57,670 bases of DNA, from the NCBI GenBank assembly GCA_024720975.1, contig JANJXX010000007.1, positions 448 through 58,117 on the forward strand. The letters run 5' to 3'. The notes beneath the pieces were generated by a model that worked only from the letters and a program-made list of their open reading frames with translations, searched no databases and had not been told where the DNA came from. The position numbers and the translations under genes are program-made. This document shows positions 47,306-57,258 of the stretch, piece after piece. The stretch's first letter is position 1; the number at the start of each line of letters is the position of its first letter. This DNA comes from Thermoproteota archaeon. Its GTDB lineage: Archaea; Asgardarchaeota; Njordarchaeia; Njordarchaeales; Panguiarchaeaceae.

Positions 47306-49981
47306 CTATCTTATGTAATTATCAGAACGATGTTTTTTACTTAAATAAGCTTTCGCAAATGCCTTTAATCTCTCCGCTAAAACATCTCCGATTCCTTCAA
47401 CTTGCTTTAAAGATTCTAAGCTTGCTCGCGCTATTTTTTCGATAGTATGAAGACCAGCTTTTTTGAGCGATAATGCGCGCATTCTTCCTACACCCTCAAC
47501 GTTCTCTACAAGTAGCAGTAAGTCCCCTGGAACACCATATTGGATTCTTTTAGAAAGCTTTTTTAATTGTTCGACAAAATTGGGTGGAAAGTACATAGCA
47601 GCTAATTCTGTTGCACAGTAGGCTAACCAACTAGAAACGCGAACAAGCTCATTTAAGTCTCCCGGCCCAAAGTTCGGTAGAAATCCATTTAGAATGCTTG
47701 GTAGGGATTCACCTTGGATCCAGTTATATAAGATCACCACTCCACCTAAGGCAGCTAGTAATTCCTCCTCTTCGACAGTGCTTAAATGCCTACTATCCTC
47801 AAGCATCTGAGAAAAATCTGCTGGCAGGAGTTGATTAAGTTTGTTAATTATGTCAGTATTGGATAATATAGCCTCAATCAAAGCGTCAAACCTCCCTAAG
47901 AGTCGTCTAAGTATAACAATGCACTCTGGTGAGATCGAGATGGCAAATAAGGTCTCAATTTCTCTCTCTGTATTCCATTCAAATTTGTGCTTCGCTTCGG
48001 CTTTCCAGTACTCAAATAAGTCGAGAATTGCCTTAGCTGACGTAGGTTTGAGATATAGATGTGCTATCCTACTCCCAAGCTTTGTTGGTTTATAACAGGG
48101 AGAGTTATCACTACAGATGACTTCTTGCACCAAGTTCATGTTGCGAAGATAATCGATAGCCTCTAATACATTTGTTCTGGCTTGGTACAAACCGTAAAAA
48201 TCTCCATGTGTACGAGCATAATGAGCGAAGAAAGTCTTGTCGAAGAAATTAAGTATGGACTCTCTATCAATCTTACTCTTGGAGACTACCAAAGCTAATA
48301 CTTGTGAGTAGATGGTTGGAATAACATATCCTGATACTGGCTTTACTTCCTCAACATCGCCCAGTACGTACTTCTCTATGAACTTCTCTAAACTATTCTT
48401 ATCTCTAGCTATGAGAAATGTCTCTCCTACGATGTCATATCCTGGACGTCCAGCGCGTCCGCCTCTCTGTTTATATTCTGATGTTGAGAGTTCTATTCTG
48501 TATCCAACCTCTGGATCAAAGTATTCTTCCTCAATAACGACTCTCCTTGCTGGCAAATTGACCCCGGCAGCAAGGGTTGGGGTAGCTATCAGGACGCCTA
48601 TAAGTCCCTTTCTAAAGGCATCTTCTATGATTTCTCGTTCTATTTTTGACAGCCCAGAGTGGTGAAAAGCTACTCCCCATTTGCAGAGTTCTATTAGCTG
48701 TCTAGTTAAGCTTGTTTTTTCATCCACAGCTTCCTCCAGCTTTTGAGATACCAAATTGCCCTTGAATAGACTGTAATATTGGCTTGCTTTCATGAATTCT
48801 GCAACTCTTTCTGCAGTCCGTTGCGAAAGTAATCTAGAGCTACGAAATGCTAGTATCTGCCACTTTTGATCGTAAAGCAGCATTTCATTGAACGTGTCTT
48901 CAATGATTGCCAGGAGTGCATCCATAAAGCTCTTCCGGCTCGACTTAGTTTTCTGCAGGTGAAGTTCTCTTGTAAAAAAGGCACCTCCAAGGAGCTTATC
49001 TTTATATTTAGCCTCTAAGCTTCTGCAAAAACTATCCTTAGTGAATTTTCTTTCTACTACTCGTCCAAAGCCCTCCCTTACGGAGACAATCTCTAGATTA
49101 GAGCCTAGTAGCTCCCTCAGCTTTGATATTGTAGTTAATTGGCCTGCCTCATAGGACCCCTTGTTCGCTTCAATGAGTTTATCTAGAGTCCCAGCCTCAC
49201 TTGAAGTTCTTGCTATTCTGGCAGCTTTCGTCTGTGTTATAACGTATACCTCAGAGGTTTTGGAGTCAGGATCATATATTATTACTCTATTTGCTGGTAG
49301 ATAGTACACGCACTCTAAGAGCTTAACTGGACGAAAATTGCTGGTAATTAGAACTGAGTTCAGCCAGTCACTAATGTCTTCCGGATTGCTTATGGTTGCA
49401 GATAATCCGATTATCTGTACGTTCATATTCTTCAGATTTGTGAGGACAAAGTCAAGTATAGGTCCACGTGTCCTATCACCAATAAAATGTATCTCATCGA
49501 CGACTACAAGCTTAACATCTTCGAGCCATTTTGGGCTCTCTCTTATTATGTGATCTGCCTTTTCATACGTCAGGACTAGTAAATCATACATACCTAACAG
49601 TGAAATTGGTTGGTCTCTATAGTCCCCTGTAGCCACACCAACTTTTATGTTGTACCGGCGTCTAAATGTTTGGGCAATTTCCTCGGTTAGGGCTTTATAT
49701 GGTGTTAAGTAGAAGACTTTTATTCCTTCGCGCAAGATTCTAGTGACACTTACAATTTCAGCAATCAGAGTTTTTCCACTCCCAGTAGGTGCTACAACTA
49801 CCAGCGAGTTTCCCCGTAACCCTTTCTCAATGGCCTCGTACTGAAAAGGTCTAAGAGTGACTAGTCCCTCTGTTTCTAGTGCATGTATCAATGATTCTGG
49901 TATATTAAGTTTTCTCAATACCGAAATAGAATATTCCTCCGTCAAGGTGCAGAACCTAGTGAGAGTGATTTTTTGGATCAA
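47306..49981 (-). CDS. hel308: Hel308/Ski2-like DNA helicase
   Basis: APTGSGKT, TYEK, DEIH, LSAT, FHHSGL, TPTLAAGVNLPARRV, GRAGRPG, C-terminal HhH. Confidence 0.92.
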   Translation of the reverse strand: MIQKITLTRFCTLTEEYSISVLRKLNIPESLIHALETEGLVTLRPFQYEAIEKGLRGNSLVVVAPTGSGKTLIAEIVSVTRILREGIKVFYLTPYKALTEEIAQTFRRRYNIKVGVATGDYRDQPISLLGMYDLLVLTYEKADHIIRESPKWLEDVKLVVVDEIHFIGDRTRGPILDFVLTNLKNMNVQIIGLSATISNPEDISDWLNSVLITSNFRPVKLLECVYYLPANRVIIYDPDSKTSEVYVITQTKAARIARTSSEAGTLDKLIEANKGSYEAGQLTTISKLRELLGSNLEIVSVREGFGRVVERKFTKDSFCRSLEAKYKDKLLGGAFFTRELHLQKTKSSRKSFMDALLAIIEDTFNEMLLYDQKWQILAFRSSRLLSQRTAERVAEFMKASQYYSLFKGNLVSQKLEEAVDEKTSLTRQLIELCKWGVAFHHSGLSKIEREIIEDAFRKGLIGVLIATPTLAAGVNLPARRVVIEEEYFDPEVGYRIELSTSEYKQRGGRAGRPGYDIVGETFLIARDKNSLEKFIEKYVLGDVEEVKPVSGYVIPTIYSQVLALVVSKSKIDRESILNFFDKTFFAHYARTHGDFYGLYQARTNVLEAIDYLRNMNLVQEVICSDNSPCYKPTKLGSRIAHLYLKPTSAKAILDLFEYWKAEAKHKFEWNTEREIETLFAISISPECIVILRRLLGRFDALIEAILSNTDIINKLNQLLPADFSQMLEDSRHLSTVEEEELLAALGGVVILYNWIQGESLPSILNGFLPNFGPGDLNELVRVSSWLAYCATELAAMYFPPNFVEQLKKLSKRIQYGVPGDLLLLVENVEGVGRMRALSLKKAGLHTIEKIARASLESLKQVEGIGDVLAERLKAFAKAYLSKKHRSDNYIR

Positions 49982-50231
49982 TGACTGGCTCCTAAATACT
50001 ACATTAAAATAAGCTCCAGAATATTCTTTTAAGATGGCATAATATGCATTAGAATTTACTTCTAAATAGGCTACGGATTGATAACAAATTATCTACCCAG
50101 TTTAAGTTGATTACTAATAGCTTTTTGTGGACGGCTCAATTAAATGCACCCGCTTTAACTAAGGAAACAGGTCTTATTGTACTTACAGTTTTGGGTCTTT
50201 AGAAAGAGGTCTAATCCAATATGGGGTAAAG

Positions 50232-53200
50232 ATGTTCCTAAAGGAACTAGAGCTAATAAACTTTATGTGTTATGATCACCTGAAGATCACATTAGACGAG
50301 CATATCACAGTCATATACGGTCAGAATGGTTCGGGAAAATCGGCACTGCTGTCTGCAATTAATCTAATATTTGGTGGTCTCGCGCGCGAGCGTCAAGACC
50401 TGCTTAGGAATTTCATAAAGCACGGTCGAGAATATGCAATAATTCGCGCAAGGATATCAAATGCAATTCCACTTCCTGGGCGTGGGCTCGTAGTCCTCGA
50501 CAACGATGCGCCTCTGAATTCGGACATAGTAATCGAGCGCATTATCACGCATGAAGATAGTAGTTATAAGTTGAATGGTAAAAAAACAACGCGCGAGAAA
50601 CTAACTGAGCTTTTACTGAAGGTTAACATTTCGTCTAAGAATACGTTCTATTTTATTCCGCAGGAAAAGATAACCAAGCTAGTTGATTTGAAGCCAGAAG
50701 AACGCTTAGATAGCCTTCTAACAAGTCTGGGGCTTTATGACTTAAAAGACTCAATAGAAAAGCTTCGGTTAAAATTAAGAGAACACATTGAAAAGAAAAA
50801 GGAGCTGGAAAGCAAAGTTGGTGAGTTAAAAGAGAAAATTGAGGGTTACAAAAAGACTCTCAAATCGACTGAGGAATCACTAAAGACTCTCAAAAACTTC
50901 TACAGGCTGAAAGTATCTCAACTCTTTAAGAAGCTTAATATGACTGAGGAAGATGAGAAAAAACTCAAGCAAGCGATGGATGAAATAGAAGCAAGAATAA
51001 GAGACAATACAGCTTTTATTGAAAATGTTCCTAAAAATCTTGAAAAACTAGACTTGGAAGCCGAAAATTTAAGGAACAGAAGAGTCGAGATAACTAAGAG
51101 GATTTCGGAATTAGAAGAAGAAGAACGCAGGCTTAATGATGAAATAAAGGCATTGACAAACAAACTTTCCAGTCTAAGTATAAGAAGAGATGAAATGATG
51201 AAATCTTTCTGGGATATCCTCAATAAGTGGAGGGCAGCGTCAATTGAGGATATCAAATCACTGCTGGAAGATAAAAAGATGAGACTAGAAGATCTTGAAA
51301 AGGCTATAGATCAGCTTGAGGAGGGCCGCCAAATTAAAGAACTAGAGAAAATGATTCAGCGAAAGAGAAAGGAACTTCAAGAGGTGGAGTCTTTAGAGAG
51401 AGAATATGCGGTGAAACTGGAGGAGATGCTCAAGGAAATAGATCCATCCGGAGAGGTTTTAAGATTGTATAATTTCATTCAAAGGTCAAATCTAACTAAT
51501 GAATGCTTTGGACCGATAATATTGGAACTAGACTTCCTCGTGCCCCAGGATAAGCTTATAGACTATTCCAAAGCCCTCGAAAGAATTCTAAGAGAAGATA
51601 TCATGAAAAGCTTCGTTACGACTAGCTTGCGGAGTCTTAAGAACATACTGGAGTTCATAAAAGACAGGAAGATCTTAAGCCCTCCAAATATATTCTTTTT
51701 CGGTCACGCGCATTCGGTGATTTATACAGATGAATCGTTTGTTTTCTTTCTCCGACGATCTATTGAATGGATTAATGAAGCCTACGATCGCTTTAAAAAA
51801 GAGATCACAAGAAAACTTGGAAGTATTCCGGAGTATCGAAGCTCATTTCTAACTTTAGTGCCAGATATATTGTCAGCGCCTAGACCCGTACTTGCCTTGA
51901 TAAGATACTTTCTTGGAAAAGTAGCACTTGTTGGTCGCCTTGAGACTGGCTTAGAACTCCTAAGAGAGCTGGATTTAGATGGAATACTGACAGTAGAGGG
52001 TGATTTCGTAAGAAAGTTAAGATGTGGAGACTATGCAATATTCCAAGTGTTACCTCCCATAAAGGACAGGTATAGTCCGGTAGTTGATAAGGTCATTCAG
52101 CTTAGCATAAAGAATATTCGAGACAAGAAACAAGAGCTTTTAGAAGCAATCCAACGCATTAAGGATGAAATAAATACACTAGAGAAAGAATTAGAAAACC
52201 TCAAAATAAACGCTCCAAAAAGATTGAAAAATATGCTCGAGGAACGCATTCGCCTCATGGAGAACATAGAAGAGCTTGAGAATGATACAAAATTTCTAGA
52301 GAAAATTCGAAAAGAACGAGAGTCCCTCCCAGACCAAATTCAAAAAATAGAAAAACAACTTGAGGAGGTCGATGAGAATCTAAGACGTGTAGTTGATGAA
52401 AAACACGAACTTGAAAAGGAGCTTCAAAATATTGATTTTGAGGTAGTTGAAATTGAACACAAGAAAGAATTTTTGATCAAGGAGAAGAGCAGACTTGAAC
52501 TTGAAAATGATGACTTAAAACACAAACTCACAGAAATTGAAGTGCGTTTGGGATTATTAAGAGAGAGAAAGAATTCAATAATTTCTGAAATCGAAAGGCT
52601 CAAGAAAGAAATGAAAGCCTTCTTATCAATAGTCTGGGCATCATTTTATAGTGACGTAGGGAAGAATTTGGAAGAAATATTAAGGGATGAAATAATAGAC
52701 CCAGCGATAAGCTTAATAGAAAGTCTCGACATTCATCAGATTGAGGAGTTGCTATCAAGGTATAGTGAACAGGATATCTCTAGGCTGCGCTTTGACATTT
52801 TATCAAGAGAGGAAAAGGTCCGCTTACTTGAGGAATCATTAAAGCAATTAGAAATCTATCAAAAAGAGCTCCAAAGAATAGAATCCGAGATCGAATCTGC
52901 AAGAAAATTAGCAGAAGAATCTCTTCGTAAGCTTGTAGATGAGCTACACGAGAAGGTAGATTTGCTCAACAAGAACTATCGTTATATCCTATCAAAGATA
53001 GGAGCTTCGGGTGATATAAAGATCGAAGGGAGAGCACTAGATAACTTAAGTTTATCGATAACAATTGATCTTCACCGCCGACAACCCGTAGAAATAAGCC
53101 AGGGAGCGTTTTCATCTGGTGAAAAGACATTAGCTATTTTCGCCTTTCTAATGGCGTTATTCCTTACAGCCCCTGCGCCGATACTAATGCTTGATGAATT

Positions 53201-53447
53201 TGATGTTTATCTTGATGAGGCTACAGCTAAAAAAGTTTCTAGACTCCTAAGGGAAGCGATAAAAGATATGAAGTCAATTCAAGCAATTATAACAACAACT
53301 CACAGATTGTCTCTGATCGAAATAGCCGATAAAATTTTGCGGCTCATGTACGACGACAAAAGGAAGACATCATGTGTTCATGAAATCGACAAAAGATTTC
53401 TGGAGGGCATAGTTAAGGGCAGATATAATGTTAGTGTATCCGGGTAA
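50232..53447 (+). CDS. SMC5/6-like (archaeal) SMC ATPase
   Basis: LINFMCY, GQNGSGKS, Q-loop FIPQEK, long coiled coils, hinge FGPI..ALE...FV, signature FSSGEK, Walker B LDEFDVYLD. Confidence 0.88.
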   Translation: MFLKELELINFMCYDHLKITLDEHITVIYGQNGSGKSALLSAINLIFGGLARERQDLLRNFIKHGREYAIIRARISNAIPLPGRGLVVLDNDAPLNSDIVIERIITHEDSSYKLNGKKTTREKLTELLLKVNISSKNTFYFIPQEKITKLVDLKPEERLDSLLTSLGLYDLKDSIEKLRLKLREHIEKKKELESKVGELKEKIEGYKKTLKSTEESLKTLKNFYRLKVSQLFKKLNMTEEDEKKLKQAMDEIEARIRDNTAFIENVPKNLEKLDLEAENLRNRRVEITKRISELEEEERRLNDEIKALTNKLSSLSIRRDEMMKSFWDILNKWRAASIEDIKSLLEDKKMRLEDLEKAIDQLEEGRQIKELEKMIQRKRKELQEVESLEREYAVKLEEMLKEIDPSGEVLRLYNFIQRSNLTNECFGPIILELDFLVPQDKLIDYSKALERILREDIMKSFVTTSLRSLKNILEFIKDRKILSPPNIFFFGHAHSVIYTDESFVFFLRRSIEWINEAYDRFKKEITRKLGSIPEYRSSFLTLVPDILSAPRPVLALIRYFLGKVALVGRLETGLELLRELDLDGILTVEGDFVRKLRCGDYAIFQVLPPIKDRYSPVVDKVIQLSIKNIRDKKQELLEAIQRIKDEINTLEKELENLKINAPKRLKNMLEERIRLMENIEELENDTKFLEKIRKERESLPDQIQKIEKQLEEVDENLRRVVDEKHELEKELQNIDFEVVEIEHKKEFLIKEKSRLELENDDLKHKLTEIEVRLGLLRERKNSIISEIERLKKEMKAFLSIVWASFYSDVGKNLEEILRDEIIDPAISLIESLDIHQIEELLSRYSEQDISRLRFDILSREEKVRLLEESLKQLEIYQKELQRIESEIESARKLAEESLRKLVDELHEKVDLLNKNYRYILSKIGASGDIKIEGRALDNLSLSITIDLHRRQPVEISQGAFSSGEKTLAIFAFLMALFLTAPAPILMLDEFDVYLDEATAKKVSRLLREAIKDMKSIQAIITTTHRLSLIEIADKILRLMYDDKRKTSCVHEIDKRFLEGIVKGRYNVSVSG

Positions 53448-53452
53448 CTCAC

Positions 53453-54136
53453 GTGGAGGGATCGAAATCTAACAAAAGTGAGACGAGTGAAATCCTAAGC
53501 AGCATCAGAAAATTGCTGAGGCATATAGACTTTTACTTATCTAAAGGAGGTAGGACAGCAGTACCGGAAGAAATCACAGAAATCCTCAAGGAGCTAGGTA
53601 GACTTGAATCTGCATCAAAATTGCTTATAGAGAATGCCGATATTGGCATTAGAGTTTTTAAGAAGCTTAAGAAATACATATCTGCGCGCCTGTGTAGACT
53701 AGACATAAGACTTAGCAAATTCTTAATCCATTACGCTGTACCACTGATTATATTGAAAGCCGCCTTTGATGCTTTCTACGAAGGTAAGGTAAGAGTATCG
53801 TCCTTAGCAAAAGTGCCTGGAATGACGAAGAACTACATTAAAGGTGCATTTAGACGCCTAAGAAGAATCGCTGAGATGACTGAGGAAACAAGGATTCTTA
53901 AATCGAGCGTCCAGCGTGAAATTTTTAAGATTCGCGAATTGTTGTCACTCATTGAGCTAGAGAAGGAGAAATTAAGAGCTCAGCATAAAAGATTGCAGGC
54001 TTTGTTTAATAAAAATTGGGAATCTCTCGAGGCCGTAGGAATGTTAAACAGTACTTCTAGAAGGGAGTTAATATTGAGGCTCTTGGCCTATATAGACTAT
54101 GAGAGTAAAGAGGGTCGATATGCCAATGAACTCTAA
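53453..54136 (+). CDS. Helical protein, candidate kleisin (Nse4/ScpA-like)
   Basis: Lies between the SMC and KITE genes. Helical N-terminus. SRRELILRLLAYI loosely resembles the kleisin C-terminal motif. Confidence 0.45.
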   Translation: MEGSKSNKSETSEILSSIRKLLRHIDFYLSKGGRTAVPEEITEILKELGRLESASKLLIENADIGIRVFKKLKKYISARLCRLDIRLSKFLIHYAVPLIILKAAFDAFYEGKVRVSSLAKVPGMTKNYIKGAFRRLRRIAEMTEETRILKSSVQREIFKIRELLSLIELEKEKLRAQHKRLQALFNKNWESLEAVGMLNSTSRRELILRLLAYIDYESKEGRYANEL

Positions 54137-54674
54137 CAAGTCAATGGAATTGGAAATAAGGACAATTGCGGCTTCAATCATTATGAAATCTACACTGGAC
54201 AAGGGACAACCCTTGAAGTACATCCTATCTTGCGCCAGGAAATTAGGTATAAGTGCCGAAGAATTAATCTCGGAACTAAATCGGAGATTTGAATCCGTCG
54301 GACTAAAACTAAGGACCGTCAGGAAGAGTCAAAGTACGAGCGATGAGGCCGAAGTTTTCGTAGTAATTGATCCTGAACTTAAGATCTCAGCGGGAATGCT
54401 TGATAGAATCACCTGCGCAGTTCTTGCCCTAATATACATCAAGGCTGAAACGCAGCCAATAAATGTTGAAAACATAGTAGAGGCACTGGAGCAGATAGTT
54501 AAAGATAGGAGTAGAGCGAAAGAAATTTTTGACAGGACTCTTAGAAAATTGGAGAAATCAAAGCTTGTAAAGGTTGACCATGAGAAAAAACTCATAGAAC
54601 TTACTTCGAAGGCTTTAGCTATTCTGCCTGAAAGAGAAGATTTAGAATCAATGCTAATTGAAGTGATTAGTTGA
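54120..54674 (+). CDS. Tandem winged-helix KITE protein (Nse1/Nse3/ScpB-like)
   Basis: AEELISELNRRFESVGLKLR..EVFVVID and FDRTLRKLEKSKLV..IELTSKAL resemble Nse1 WH1 and WH2. No RING. Confidence 0.7.
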   Translation: MPMNSNKSMELEIRTIAASIIMKSTLDKGQPLKYILSCARKLGISAEELISELNRRFESVGLKLRTVRKSQSTSDEAEVFVVIDPELKISAGMLDRITCAVLALIYIKAETQPINVENIVEALEQIVKDRSRAKEIFDRTLRKLEKSKLVKVDHEKKLIELTSKALAILPEREDLESMLIEVIS

Positions 54675-56044
54675 TGAGCGGAGAAGGATTAGCTACCGAA
54701 ATAGACTTACCTAGTTGGTTTCTATTTGGAAAGAGACTTGGTGAATATTCGCTAGATGCGTTACTACTATATGGAAAAGAAAGAATTGACATGCTTTTAG
54801 AATTCTCGCAAAGAAGGACCTTGGAGGCGCTCAACAGCATGTCAGGAAAATTTAACAATCTTGTAGGTTTAGTGGCACTAATTCTAGCAGCCTCAGCAAC
54901 GAATGATATGTACTTCATTAGTTGGTTGTTGGAAATAGAAGGTGATTTATTTACAGCGTTGTTTAATAAATTAGATCTTGGTAAGAAAGTAGCAGTTCTA
55001 AGGTATATCCTCGGCGAGTTATTAGTCGGCATAGAGGTTGTCTCCCAAAAACTGGGAATGAGCACCGAAAGTCTGTTACCAGAAATACAATCAATTCTTC
55101 CAAAACTAACGGAAAAAAGACAGGCAATGGATTTCCTAATACCTATGAGCAGGTTCCTGGCAGCCGCAAGGTTTTCAAGGGCATATAGATTAATTAAATC
55201 TAGCAGAGCAATTGCGGTAAGAGGTTGGGTTATAGCACCCTTAGAGGAGTTCTTCCGCCTTTCCAAAAGCCATTACCAGGATATGTTAAGCGAAAAAATT
55301 CAAATGCTAAGCGAGAAGATTAAGAAGGATCCAGAATTTCAGAGCTATAAGGCCTTCGGAGAAGAATTAATTAGCTATTGGCGTAAAAAAATGATCGTGC
55401 AGAAACCTGTGGTTAGGCGTGATCTGGTCACTACAGAGGATAGGCTATGGGAGCGAATAGACACGTTTCCACCATGCTTAAGGATCCTATACGATCGGTT
55501 CATATCAACTGGTTACCTACCGCACATTGAGAGACTTCAACTAGGCCTACTGTTAAAGGCTTTGGGAATGCCTCTAGAGGAACAACTTAAACTTTGGTAT
55601 CGCGCAGTGGACAACGTCGGATTGACCTGGGAACAATTCTTAAAGAAGGGTGGCTACTACATAAGACATCTATATGGACTTGAAGGCTCGCGCAAGGATT
55701 ACAGACCCCCAAAGTGTGAGACAATAATTACCAGGTATTTCTGCCCGTTCGTTAAAACAAACTTCACCGAACTGAAGGAACTTATCAGGGGCATGAACCC
55801 AGCTATTTCATCGTCGGAGCTAGACAAGATTCATGAAGAGATTATTTCACGAGAACCTAGAAAAGCTTGCGCACGGCTACTAGCTAGTATAATTAAGAAT
55901 CCAAACCTCAAAATTTCCACCATAAATCACCCTATTCAATTCTCAAGAATAGTCTATAAACATAGTAGGGTAAGAACAAATGAATCAAAGGGTAAATCTT
56001 CCGAAAATCTTCAGGAGAATGTACCTCAGCGATATAAACCCTGA
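54671..56044 (+). CDS. priL: DNA primase large subunit
   Basis: FPPCL, LPHIERLQLGLLLKALG, YYIRHLYGLEGSRKDY.PPKC.TI, CP, HPIQF. Confidence 0.92.
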   Translation: MMSGEGLATEIDLPSWFLFGKRLGEYSLDALLLYGKERIDMLLEFSQRRTLEALNSMSGKFNNLVGLVALILAASATNDMYFISWLLEIEGDLFTALFNKLDLGKKVAVLRYILGELLVGIEVVSQKLGMSTESLLPEIQSILPKLTEKRQAMDFLIPMSRFLAAARFSRAYRLIKSSRAIAVRGWVIAPLEEFFRLSKSHYQDMLSEKIQMLSEKIKKDPEFQSYKAFGEELISYWRKKMIVQKPVVRRDLVTTEDRLWERIDTFPPCLRILYDRFISTGYLPHIERLQLGLLLKALGMPLEEQLKLWYRAVDNVGLTWEQFLKKGGYYIRHLYGLEGSRKDYRPPKCETIITRYFCPFVKTNFTELKELIRGMNPAISSSELDKIHEEIISREPRKACARLLASIIKNPNLKISTINHPIQFSRIVYKHSRVRTNESKGKSSENLQENVPQRYKP

Positions 56045-56747
56045 TATTTTGAAAAGTAAAGCGGTTACGATTTTCGGCATCGGTGGTATAGGGACCTTAG
56101 TAGCAGAGATGCTTGCCAGAGTTGGCGTTGGTAAGCTGATATTAGTTGACAAAGATGTCGTAGAAGAGGAAAATATGAACAGATTAGGATTCTATCCTGA
56201 AGACCTTGGAAGCCCCAAAGTAGACGTCATAGGAAATCGACTGAGACGAATATCAGAGCTTAGAGGTCCTAAGTATGCTGTTACCATTGAAACATATCTC
56301 ACAAACATATTTGACTTTGAAGACATTGAAAGAGTGATAAGTGAATCTGACTGCGTGGTATCGGCTCTTGATTGTGTTGATGCACGCCTAGAGGTGAATC
56401 TGTATGCAGTTAAACACAGGAAGATTCTGATAGATAGCGGCGCTTCTACTAACGGTCTACGCGGTCGTGTTACTGTGGTAAAGCCTTTTGAATGGCCATG
56501 TCTTAATTGCTATTACTCGAATGATAGCATGGTTGAAGAAGGCTTATTTGATGACGTAACTTGCAATGTTAGTCTTCCAACAACGATGGCATTAATTGCT
56601 AGTCTTCAAGTAGATCAATGTCTAAAGGTACTGCTTAACAGGCAGGGTGTTGTTCCCTTAATCCTCGTTAACTTAGAGGAAGAACCTCAGATCATAGTTT
56701 ATGACAAACTCAATAGACGAAAGGACTGCAGTTTCTGTGGTTATTAG
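56019..56747 (+). CDS. ThiF/E1-family activating enzyme, UBA5-like
   Basis: GIGGIG..VAEMLAR.GVGKL, D.VE..NMNRL, PCLNC, TCNVSLPTTM, CSFC. AGGAG RBS before ATG 56019. Confidence 0.85.
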   Translation: MYLSDINPDILKSKAVTIFGIGGIGTLVAEMLARVGVGKLILVDKDVVEEENMNRLGFYPEDLGSPKVDVIGNRLRRISELRGPKYAVTIETYLTNIFDFEDIERVISESDCVVSALDCVDARLEVNLYAVKHRKILIDSGASTNGLRGRVTVVKPFEWPCLNCYYSNDSMVEEGLFDDVTCNVSLPTTMALIASLQVDQCLKVLLNRQGVVPLILVNLEEEPQIIVYDKLNRRKDCSFCGY

Positions 56748-56817
56748 TTCTTAACAGTTTAGTAGCGTTATGCTAGCGTAACTCCTGCGACGTATCATTT
56801 CGCTGATTCTAAGTAGA

Positions 56818-57222
56818 TCATTTTTCAAAGAATGACATTAATTCCTTTCTTAAATTCTCCTTTCTTAGTTCATTATTCTTAGCTTCTAAGTTCGCCTCAA
56901 TTTTTGAATGAGACTCAATTCTAACTTTAAGCTCAGAGAGTTTTGCTAGGACAAGATCAACTCTCATAGCGACATTATTTAGCATCCTCTCGGTGCTTTC
57001 TAAACGCTCAGCAACTCTAGTCAAATTATCGAGAATAGCAGAGATCACGTCTTCAATTCTAGCAATAACTTTATTTAACATGTCAACGAAGTTTTTGAGG
57101 CTTTCAACTGTGGGAACAAGTCCTCGTGGAGTTTCTATTGCAGAAATTTCGACTACAAGACGCTTTTCTTTTTCAGTGTTCTTAAGGATGGACTTCTCCC
57201 CAAGATTGCTCATAGTACTCAA
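56818..57222 (-). CDS. Hypothetical coiled-coil protein
   Basis: 134-aa ORF with heptad pattern. Confidence 0.65.
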   Translation of the reverse strand: MSTMSNLGEKSILKNTEKEKRLVVEISAIETPRGLVPTVESLKNFVDMLNKVIARIEDVISAILDNLTRVAERLESTERMLNNVAMRVDLVLAKLSELKVRIESHSKIEANLEAKNNELRKENLRKELMSFFEK

Positions 57223-57258
57223 CCCACGAATAGCTGCGGATACTTAGTCCGGATGGCC

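Noticed and set aside
48880-49300. Intein in Hel308
   Set aside because: No His-Asn/Cys-Ser-Thr splice junction or LAGLIDADG motifs seen.
50232-53447. Rad50, canonical Smc or Wadjet JetC
   Set aside because: No CxxC zinc hook and no adjacent Mre11. Walker B is DEFDV. No JetD/Toprim gene follows.
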